From Candidatus Falkowbacteria bacterium GW2011_GWF2_43_32 (GTDB lineage Bacteria > Patescibacteriota > Patescibacteriia > Patescibacteriales > UBA12465), in contig LCGL01000003.1 of NCBI GenBank assembly GCA_000999715.1, forward strand, positions 26,942-90,941: a DNA stretch of 64,000 bases. The letters are read 5' to 3'. Shown one piece after another: positions 9,182-16,464 of this stretch (position 1 is the stretch's first letter; each line of letters opens with the position of its first letter). The position numbers and the translations under genes are program-made. Below the pieces are notes generated by a model. That model searched no databases, had not been told where the DNA came from, and worked only from the letters and a program-made list of their open reading frames with translations.

Positions 9182-9209
9182 TTGACAAATAAACAAAATC
9201 TGTTATAAT
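9182..9209 (+). promoter_or_regulatory. Sigma70-type promoter for 9309-10957 unit
   Basis: TTGACA (9182-9187) - 16 nt - TATAAT (9204-9209); 12-mer GCTATTGACAAA at 9178-9189. Confidence 0.65.
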
Positions 9210-9250
9210 AAAGGGTTAAATTTTCTTTAACAATTTAGCGGAACACCGCC

Positions 9251-9297
9251 AATCAGTATAAGCTAAATAAACAAAAATCAGTATAAACTAATAAAAC
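9251..9297 (+). repeat. Direct repeat (2 x 22 nt, 25-nt period) in the 5' leader of 9309-10244
   Basis: AATCAGTATAAGCTAAATAAAC (9251-9272) / AATCAGTATAAACTAATAAAAC (9276-9297), 19/22 identical, ends 11 nt before the start codon and abuts the SD AAGGAGG. Confidence 0.8.
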
Positions 9298-9308
9298 AAG
9301 GAGGACTA

Positions 9309-10244
9309 ATGAAAAAAGTTATTATGTTTGCGCTTCTTATTTGGGGTATAGGCCTGAAAGCGCAAGACCTGGATGTATTCCAAGCTGACCTCTTATGGAA
9401 TTACCAGGGAAGCGATTACCAGCCTAACCGTTTAGGAAATGGCTGGCAGATTCAACCGGAAATACGTTATTATTTCCTGGAAGCTCACGGTAGCGGACTC
9501 ATTCCGTATTACCAGAATACTTTGACTTACGAGAAAAACTTTCTGGTCGGCATTTACTTTTGCGCCGCCTGGCAAGAAGAATGGAAGCGCGCCAGCGTAA
9601 CCGAATATCCTAAGATCATTGAAGGCATCTCAAAAAATGCCGGAATTCAAAAATTTGACTTCGGCCTGAGCTTGCAATATATTCCCGATCCGACGGTATT
9701 TCTTACTCTGGAAGCAGGAATGAGCATTAAAAGTCTTTACATCAAAAACGGTGTACACGACTCCGTACCCGAATATCCGTACTATCAGGGTGTGCCAATC
9801 AAATTCGGCATCCGATATCTGGATGACAGTTTTGATTTTTTCAACAAAATTAATTTATTGTTGGAAACCAATAATTCATTCCATGAATATCAATCCATTC
9901 AAAGCGGTGAAAAATTTTTTATTGACACCGCCGCAATGGCCGACGAACATTTTTTCGCCGTCAACTTGGAATGTAACATTTTGTCTCCATGGTTCAATCG
10001 CAACGCCCTATTAGACGTTTCCTTAATCAACCAATATCAATGGTATCAAGGAAAAGATTATTTCGGCCTGATGATGGACACGGGTAAAAACGAAGACTAT
10101 AAAGTCGGAATCGGCCTGGCGATACGTGAATTCCAGAAACTTGACGAGGCAATAAAAATTTCCGCCTTATTCGGACAATCCGGGTTTTCTCTGGGACTGA
10201 CGATAAAGCTCGGTCCTTTGTATGATTTATCTCCTAACCACTAA
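9309..10244 (+). CDS. Secreted beta-rich hypothetical protein
   Basis: 311 aa; strong SD; signal peptide MKKVIMFALLIWGIGLKAQD; Tyr/Gly/Asn-rich alternating pattern similar in style to 3094-4062. Confidence 0.6.
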   Translation: MKKVIMFALLIWGIGLKAQDLDVFQADLLWNYQGSDYQPNRLGNGWQIQPEIRYYFLEAHGSGLIPYYQNTLTYEKNFLVGIYFCAAWQEEWKRASVTEYPKIIEGISKNAGIQKFDFGLSLQYIPDPTVFLTLEAGMSIKSLYIKNGVHDSVPEYPYYQGVPIKFGIRYLDDSFDFFNKINLLLETNNSFHEYQSIQSGEKFFIDTAAMADEHFFAVNLECNILSPWFNRNALLDVSLINQYQWYQGKDYFGLMMDTGKNEDYKVGIGLAIREFQKLDEAIKISALFGQSGFSLGLTIKLGPLYDLSPNH

Positions 10245-10255
10245 AAATTTACGAA

Positions 10256-10957
10256 ATGGACACATCGGACAACAAAGAAAAAACTGCCAAGACCGGAACG
10301 AAAAAACCGGAAACAGAAGAAGAAAAAAAAGCTAAAGAAGAAAGATTAAAGCTTTGGCGCGAAAATGAGGCTAAGAGAAAAGCTGAGAAAAAACGTAAGC
10401 TGATGCTATTGATCATGAGTTTGGCGCTAGCAATAATTACATTTTTTCTTTTCCTGGGATACGTTCTGGGATATGTGAACATGAAAACTGCCAAAAAAAA
10501 TAATGACGACAGCTTTCAAAACGTTAACACACAAATATCCAATTTAGATTCGACGTTGATTAAAACTCAAAATCGGCTGATTGCAGTACAGCAAGAAACC
10601 ACCAATTTGGACTCAGCATTGGTTCAAACTCAAAACCAGCTGATTACAGCGCAACAAGAAATCACTAATAAATTGGAATCTAATTACCGGGCCGTCAAAA
10701 AACAAGTCAATAATGTGGACTGGAAATTAAAAACCGTTCAAAAAAAAGTGACGGAGATGGAGAAAAAAACTCAGGACAGCTTGGATAACGCAAAAGAGCG
10801 AGAAAAAACCATTCTTTTGCTATTGCTCAGTCAGAAAAAAACCATGGCCAAACAGGACAGCGTAATTACCGAATTAACGACAAAAACCGTTAAATTAGAC
10901 AGCGCTACCACGATAGCTAATGAAGCCCTGGTTAAAAAACACTGGCGATTACGATAA
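10256..10957 (+). CDS. Membrane-anchored coiled-coil protein with Lys/Glu-rich cytoplasmic head
   Basis: 233 aa; KE-rich N-terminus, one TM (LMLLIMSLALAIITFFLFLGYVLGYV), Q/N/T-rich heptad region with internal 21-aa repeat. Confidence 0.6.
   Translation: MDTSDNKEKTAKTGTKKPETEEEKKAKEERLKLWRENEAKRKAEKKRKLMLLIMSLALAIITFFLFLGYVLGYVNMKTAKKNNDDSFQNVNTQISNLDSTLIKTQNRLIAVQQETTNLDSALVQTQNQLITAQQEITNKLESNYRAVKKQVNNVDWKLKTVQKKVTEMEKKTQDSLDNAKEREKTILLLLLSQKKTMAKQDSVITELTTKTVKLDSATTIANEALVKKHWRLR
10541..10666 (+). repeat. Tandem 63-bp (21-aa) coding repeat, 2 copies
   Basis: 10541-10603 vs 10604-10666, 48/63 nt identical; NLDSTLIKTQNRLIAVQQETT / NLDSALVQTQNQLITAQQEIT. Confidence 0.85.
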
Positions 10958-11040
10958 TTGCCTACAATAAGCCAAAAATAAGGACGTTTTTCAAAAACGT
11001 CCTTTTTCATTTTTAATGATAGGTTTAATGATTAAACCTC

Positions 11041-11068
11041 TTGACAAAATCGTCATTTATGTTAAAAT
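11041..11068 (+). promoter_or_regulatory. Sigma70-type promoter (extended -10) for 11134-12549
   Basis: TTGACA (11041-11046) - 16 nt - TAAAAT (11063-11068) with TGT immediately upstream. Confidence 0.6.
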
Positions 11069-11133
11069 GATAAGATTTCTTAAAACATAAGAAATTTGAA
11101 AAATTGTAAATTAACAATCTAAATACCGAAATA

Positions 11134-12549
11134 ATGAAAAAAATCCTGTTTTTATTCGTAACGGCTGTATTCTTAATGATAGGATCGGCAGGAACCAACG
11201 CTCAAGGAAGCGTTAAGAGAATCAACGGAGTAATAAAGAACTCCGCTGACCGCGCCGTAGTATTCGGCTCTATCGCCAACGACCCGACACCGCCGGGAGG
11301 AACAATCACTCTAAAAGTAAACCAGGGAGAAAATATGATTCCCATATTATTCGCAAATCAAGCCGGAAACGCTCTGGACACCGTCACGGTAAAAGTTAAT
11401 TTTCACAGAGACGGCGACGTCTTTGAACTCACTACCGGACATTTAGGGAGATTTAATAATTCCAAACCCGACCTCACGGTTACTGCCGACAGAAATACCG
11501 GCAAAACGGTAAGCAATCAGTTGGACGGAATATTATTTTTTCTGGACCGGGGTATTTGCTTATCGCCGGGAACAAGCTCGCAAGAACTGATCGACCTTTC
11601 GCCTAACGAAAGAATAGTGATTGAAAAAAACTATCGCCTATTCTTTTTAGAAATTAGTGATTTCTTCGCCAAGAACGATAAGACGTATGCGGTCAGCCAA
11701 GAAACTTTGCTTCAAGGAAGCGGTCGCGACAGCATTATGGTGTCTTTAATCGCCGACGGAAGCGATTACGTTTTCATAGATGATCAAACCCGGGAAGTGA
11801 AAGGCATAAAATCGTCAAAAGGACGAGGCGGATATCAAAAGAATTTTGTTGAAGGCGCCAACACCATTTTAATGCAAACTCTGATGAATGGTGTCGCTCA
11901 AACAAGATACTACACTTTCATGGCTTCTAAAGGAAACACTACGGTTAGCCCGCCCGCCAGCGCTTTTGACAATCCGCCGCTATATTACGGCAGAAGAATC
12001 AAATTACCGCTTGCTGGTTTTGACAAGAGTTGCAGTTTCGAAATATTCGATCCTGTCAGCAAAACCTGGCTCAATGAAGTAATTATTGACGAAAACGGTT
12101 CTGTTAACGCTCAAACTTGCTTTCTCGGCATGAATCGCGTTCGGGTAAGCTATTTTGAAAAAACTCCTCAGGGCAGAATAAGGTATTCGTTTGAATATTT
12201 TAAACTGATTTCTGAAACAGACTCCGTTTTCAAAATAGATCCCAATTATTTCTGGTTACTGGCCGGAAAACCCGTGCCGGTTATTTTGAAAAATTCCGCT
12301 AAGAATGTTCTATTTCAACAAATAGAACTATGGAGTTTAAATCAACAGCTTAATCCCAGAAACATAGTGATTAAGAAGGACTATCCGACTGAAAAAACCT
12401 ATGTCAGAGAGGGAATCGCTCGCTTGCCGGGAAGATACACCGAAGGCTTAACCATCAGGAACCTGACCGTATCTTTCATTGTTTCTTCTCAAGACAAGAA
12501 CAAGCCGATAGAAATCAGAGATGAAAATATTGATCGAACGCAACGATGA
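11134..12549 (+). CDS. Secreted hypothetical protein
   Basis: 471 aa; signal peptide MKKILFLFVTAVFLMIGSAGTNAQG; no recognisable domain. Confidence 0.55.
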   Translation: MKKILFLFVTAVFLMIGSAGTNAQGSVKRINGVIKNSADRAVVFGSIANDPTPPGGTITLKVNQGENMIPILFANQAGNALDTVTVKVNFHRDGDVFELTTGHLGRFNNSKPDLTVTADRNTGKTVSNQLDGILFFLDRGICLSPGTSSQELIDLSPNERIVIEKNYRLFFLEISDFFAKNDKTYAVSQETLLQGSGRDSIMVSLIADGSDYVFIDDQTREVKGIKSSKGRGGYQKNFVEGANTILMQTLMNGVAQTRYYTFMASKGNTTVSPPASAFDNPPLYYGRRIKLPLAGFDKSCSFEIFDPVSKTWLNEVIIDENGSVNAQTCFLGMNRVRVSYFEKTPQGRIRYSFEYFKLISETDSVFKIDPNYFWLLAGKPVPVILKNSAKNVLFQQIELWSLNQQLNPRNIVIKKDYPTEKTYVREGIARLPGRYTEGLTIRNLTVSFIVSSQDKNKPIEIRDENIDRTQR

Positions 12550-12576
12550 TATTTTCTCAATGTCTATCAAAAATTC

Positions 12577-12615
12577 AACGCTCGCGATCTAATCATTTAG
12601 ATCCGAGCGTTTTTT
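12577..12615 (+). terminator. Rho-independent terminator for 11134-12549
   Basis: 13-bp stem with one bulge (12577-12590 / 12599-12611), 8-nt loop, T-run 12610-12615. Confidence 0.8.
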
Positions 12616-12620
12616 ATACT

Positions 12621-12654
12621 AAAATACCCCTTTCAATGAAAGGGGTATTTTTTA
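12621..12654 (-). terminator. Rho-independent terminator for 12679-13782 (hairpin usable on both strands)
   Basis: Stem AAATACCCCTTTC/GAAAGGGGTATTT, loop AAT, flanked by A-run and T-run. Confidence 0.8.
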
Positions 12655-12678
12655 TTTGATATTTTATCAATCCGATTA

Positions 12679-13782
12679 TTATTTCACCTCTTCGTAAACC
12701 CGGGCGACATCTTTGGCAATATCCTCCCAATTAAATTCCTGTTTCACCCGTTGACGACCGTCAGCGGCCTTCGCCGCCACCGCCTCCGGACTGTCCAAAG
12801 CGGCCTGTAGTTTTATCTTTAAATCATCCACATTTTTATTGGCAAAAACAAATCCGGCCTCACCTAAGGCCTCCAAATTAGCCCGAATATCGCTCACCAA
12901 GCAAGCGGTTTGATAGCCCATCGCTTCCAACAAAGAAATAGACAGGCCTTCGCTTTCCGACGGCTGAACGAATAAATAAGCGTTGGAATAAAGCTCGCCT
13001 AAAGTCCGTCCGGTCTGATTGCCGGTAAAAATAATATTTTCATGACCGGCCGCGGAAGCGTGCAATTCGGCCACATAATCATCGGTATAAGCGCCGTCAC
13101 CGACGATAACCAACTTCTTATCGGTTTGCAAACGTTTATAAGCGTCAATCAAATATTGGATGCCTTTATGACGCACCAGACGGCCGATATAAACAAAATA
13201 ATCGTTTCCTTCCAGTCCCCAGCGTCTGATTTCCCGTACCGGAGTTTTTTCCATGATGGCGGCGCCGTTAGGAATATATAAGGAATTCTTATGAAATTCG
13301 CGCGGTACGTATTCCGTCAATTCTTTGGAAATAGTAATAATCCGGTCGGCCAAAGCACAGCCGATTCTTTCGCCGCAACGCAAATATAAGCGCGCAAACC
13401 ATCCCCATTTCTGGTGATAATAATCCTGGCAGTGAAAAGTAAAGACAATCGGCGTTTTCGGTTTGAATAATTTAACAATCCACATCAAAGACGCCGGACC
13501 GATAGATTGAAAATGAATAACGTCTACCCGACGAAAAATAAGGTCCAGACAAGCCAAAAAAGTATGAGAGATCGCTTCAAAATGTTTGCCGCGCAAACCG
13601 GGCAAATTAATGATTTTCACTCCCTTATATTCTTTCAGGCGTTCCGGCAAATAACCGTTACGGCTATATACAAAAACTTCCTGGCCGGCAGCCGCCAAGT
13701 TAACAGCCAAACTTTCCACGTATCTTTCTACGCCGCCAGTTTTAGCCGGTATACCTTTTTGTCCAATAAACGCAATTTTCAT
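12679..13782 (-). CDS. Glycosyltransferase family 4
   Basis: 367 aa; N-terminal MKIAFIGQKGIPAKTGGVERYV and C-terminal PSESEGLSISLLEAMGY motifs typical of GT4. Confidence 0.85.
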   Translation of the reverse strand: MKIAFIGQKGIPAKTGGVERYVESLAVNLAAAGQEVFVYSRNGYLPERLKEYKGVKIINLPGLRGKHFEAISHTFLACLDLIFRRVDVIHFQSIGPASLMWIVKLFKPKTPIVFTFHCQDYYHQKWGWFARLYLRCGERIGCALADRIITISKELTEYVPREFHKNSLYIPNGAAIMEKTPVREIRRWGLEGNDYFVYIGRLVRHKGIQYLIDAYKRLQTDKKLVIVGDGAYTDDYVAELHASAAGHENIIFTGNQTGRTLGELYSNAYLFVQPSESEGLSISLLEAMGYQTACLVSDIRANLEALGEAGFVFANKNVDDLKIKLQAALDSPEAVAAKAADGRQRVKQEFNWEDIAKDVARVYEEVK

Positions 13783-13803
13783 ACATCTATAATATAACGT
13801 TTT

Positions 13804-13832
13804 ATTGTACTACATAACAAATATTTTGTCAA
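13804..13832 (-). promoter_or_regulatory. Sigma70-type promoter for 12679-13782
   Basis: Minus strand TTGACA (13827-13832) - 17 nt - TACAAT (13804-13809). Confidence 0.6.
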
Positions 13833-13934
13833 GGAAAAGGGAACAACCAAAACCCGGTAAACATAAGGTCAAAAAGATGAACTAATATGAATAAAAATCA
13901 TTTAATATTAGCTAAATATGCCCCTATAAAACCC

Positions 13935-13960
13935 AAAAACTCATTATATAATGAGTTTTT
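13935..13960 (-). terminator. Rho-independent terminator for corA
   Basis: Inverted repeat AAAAACTCATTA/TAATGAGTTTTT just downstream (minus sense) of the corA stop. Confidence 0.7.
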
Positions 13961-14002
13961 GGCCATTCACAAATATTCAATTAAAAATGACGCGGGGAAA
14001 AA

Positions 14003-14965
14003 CTACAACCATTTCTTCTGCCTGAAAAACAAGAGCATGCCGACACAACCGATTAACATAATACCGATAATTATCCAAAATCCCCAGGGCTGATCTACAA
14101 AGGGCATATATTTGGCGTTCATGCCGAAAATGGCGGCCAAAAGAGTAAGCGGAAAAACAATCACGGAAAAAATAGTCAAAGTTTTCATGATATCGGTCAT
14201 CTGGTTATTCAACAAAGATTCGTTCGTATTGTTCAACACTTCCACCATTTCTTTCTGATTATCCAAAATTTCCCAAATCCGTTTGGAATGTTCCACTAAA
14301 TCGGCATAATATTTTTTGATGGCCCCTTTCTCCACGATACTGCTTTCTATCTCCAAGAGTTTCTGAAAAATATTTTTATGATTCTGAATAATTTTACGGA
14401 CATTGATAATATTGCGCCGCAAGTTCAAAATCTGTTCTACCGCTTCTTTTTGTTTACGGTCAAAAATCAAATCTTCAATCTCCGCCAGACTGATACTGTT
14501 CTCGTCCAAAAGCGGATAACAACTGTTAATCAAAACATTTAAAATTTCATACAATAAAATAGCCGACGATTCCAAGGAATAAGCCAAAAGGGAAGCGGGG
14601 TTTTTACGGCCCAAATTGAAAAAATCGGCCAAAACTTTTAAGGAATTGTTGTGGGCCGTAATCAAAAAACCGTGTCCGATGAAAAAATCGACTTCGCTGG
14701 CCACGATCCGACCTCCTTTAAACGTGGGGAAGTGCAGAATCAAAAAAAGATATTTGCCGCCGCGAAAAATTTGCGGCCGCTGAAAAGAAACCGCCGCCGA
14801 AGCCGATCGCAGATGCGCCAAATCAAAAGCATAATTACGGCGCAAATAATCAATTTCGGTTTTGCCGGCATTCACGATATTGAGCCATTTCAAACGCGAG
14901 GCCGATCGGGGATTATCAACCATCAGCTCTTCAATGCGATCGCTGATTTTTCTATAATTGGACAT
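14003..14965 (-). CDS. corA: CorA-family magnesium/cobalt transporter
   Basis: 320 aa; two C-terminal TMs with the GMN signature (AAIFGMNAKYMPF). Confidence 0.9.
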   Translation of the reverse strand: MSNYRKISDRIEELMVDNPRSASRLKWLNIVNAGKTEIDYLRRNYAFDLAHLRSASAAVSFQRPQIFRGGKYLFLILHFPTFKGGRIVASEVDFFIGHGFLITAHNNSLKVLADFFNLGRKNPASLLAYSLESSAILLYEILNVLINSCYPLLDENSISLAEIEDLIFDRKQKEAVEQILNLRRNIINVRKIIQNHKNIFQKLLEIESSIVEKGAIKKYYADLVEHSKRIWEILDNQKEMVEVLNNTNESLLNNQMTDIMKTLTIFSVIVFPLTLLAAIFGMNAKYMPFVDQPWGFWIIIGIMLIGCVGMLLFFRQKKWL

Positions 14966-15060
14966 AAAAATGAAGCTGGGCCGTCAATCGCCGTTCACTT
15001 TGACGAAAGACTGTATTTATAATAAAATAAGAGTATTAATTCTGTAATTGATTATAGCAT

Positions 15061-16314
15061 ATGGCCAATATTTTGGGAATAAATCTGAGCGAATTGAAGC
15101 GCGGGGAACTGGACAAAAAAATTGCAGAATTCCTGAGCGGCGGCCATCACTACCTGGTCACTCCCAATCCGGAAATAATTCTGGCGGCGCATCGCGATGA
15201 AGAATTATTCTATATTTTAAACAGGGCCGATTTGGTTTTGGCCGACGGTTTCGGCTTAAAAGTGGCCGGTTGGTTAAACGCTTGCAAAATATCACGTTTC
15301 ACCGGCGCCGATTTGACCTTGAAATTACTGCAAACAGCCGCCGTTCACGCTCAAAAGGTCATGATTCTCAATTGGCAAGACGGTTTAAGCCGAGCAACCG
15401 ATATCGAGGCCGCACTGCGACGTCGCTGGCCGGCATTGAATTGCCGCGCGCTGGACATAGAGCGTTCGCCGATTTTAAATGAGACGACCAGGGCAACTAT
15501 CAATGCTTTCGCGCCGACAATTTTATTTTGCACTTTCGGATCGCCGTTCCAGGAAAAAACCGTCTACCATAATTTGTCGTCCTGGCCGAGCGTCAGATTG
15601 GCCCTGGGAGTCGGCGGCGCTTTCGATTTCATTACCGAAAAAATAAAACGGGCACCGAAATTTTTCAGAATAATCGGCTTGGAATGGTTATGGCGCCTCA
15701 TTAAACAACCGAAAAGAATCAGACGAATCTATAACGCCACTTTAGTTTTTATGATGAAGGCTCTGCGCGCTCGCTTCGTCAATATCTGGTTGTACCGTCC
15801 CAACGTGGCTTGTCTGCTTTATAAAAAAACGACCGGAACCGTTAAAATATTATTGGTAGAAAGGGAAGACGAACCCGGCCACTGGCAATTGCCTCAGGGA
15901 GGTTTGGACGGCGAATCTCTGACCCAGGCCGGCACTCGGGAACTCCGGGAAGAAGTCGGCGCAACCGCCGCCGAGGTCCGGGCAACTTTCAAAAATTTAT
16001 ACCGGTATAAATTTACCGGCAATCGTAAATTCGGCCATGATAAAACTCGCACAGAGAAAATTAAAACTGAAAAAAATAAATCGAACAAATTGGACGAGCT
16101 GGAACAGAAACGCTATAAATACGATTACAAAGGCCAGAAGCAAGGCTTATGCGTCGCGGAATTTTTGGGCAACGACCGCGATTTGCAAGTAAACTTCTGG
16201 GATCATCGCGCCTGGAAATGGGTAGAGGCCGACCGGTTGACAGAAGAAGTTCATCCGGTGCGACGACCGGCCGCTGAAATATTTTTAGAAAAATTTAAAT
16301 CTTTAAATTTATAA
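15061..16314 (+). CDS. Fusion protein: WecG/TagA-type glycosyltransferase (GT26) + RppH-like Nudix hydrolase
   Basis: 417 aa single ORF; N-terminal LVTPNPEII..ADLVLADGFGLKVA (GT26); from residue ~245 YRPNV..HWQLPQGGLDGESLTQAGTRELREEVG (Nudix box) and RppH-like C-terminus. Confidence 0.8.
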   Translation: MANILGINLSELKRGELDKKIAEFLSGGHHYLVTPNPEIILAAHRDEELFYILNRADLVLADGFGLKVAGWLNACKISRFTGADLTLKLLQTAAVHAQKVMILNWQDGLSRATDIEAALRRRWPALNCRALDIERSPILNETTRATINAFAPTILFCTFGSPFQEKTVYHNLSSWPSVRLALGVGGAFDFITEKIKRAPKFFRIIGLEWLWRLIKQPKRIRRIYNATLVFMMKALRARFVNIWLYRPNVACLLYKKTTGTVKILLVEREDEPGHWQLPQGGLDGESLTQAGTRELREEVGATAAEVRATFKNLYRYKFTGNRKFGHDKTRTEKIKTEKNKSNKLDELEQKRYKYDYKGQKQGLCVAEFLGNDRDLQVNFWDHRAWKWVEADRLTEEVHPVRRPAAEIFLEKFKSLNL

Positions 16315-16340
16315 TATCAAGAAATAAATTTACGTCATTA

Positions 16341-16451
16341 GCTGTCTGGCAACATATTTCTCCGCTTAGATGATTTCTGTGGTAAAAATTAATTAACATT
16401 AATTTTTACTTTACGAAATCATATGCGCTCCAAAATATATTGCCAGTCAGC
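16341..16451 (+). other. 111-nt three-tier imperfect hairpin (long inverted repeat) between the GT26-Nudix gene and gltX
   Basis: Outer 19-bp pairing 16341-16359/16433-16451 (17/19), middle 8 bp 16370-16377/16415-16422, inner perfect 12 bp GTAAAAATTAAT/ATTAATTTTTAC 16382-16393/16398-16409. Confidence 0.8.
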
Positions 16452-16464
16452 ATATAATTCATAT

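Noticed and set aside
13887-14093. 68-aa plus-strand ORF spanning the GT4-corA spacer and the corA 3' end.
   Set aside because: It overlaps the corA terminator hairpin and the corA coding end in antisense. It is AT-rich and low-complexity, with no start context.
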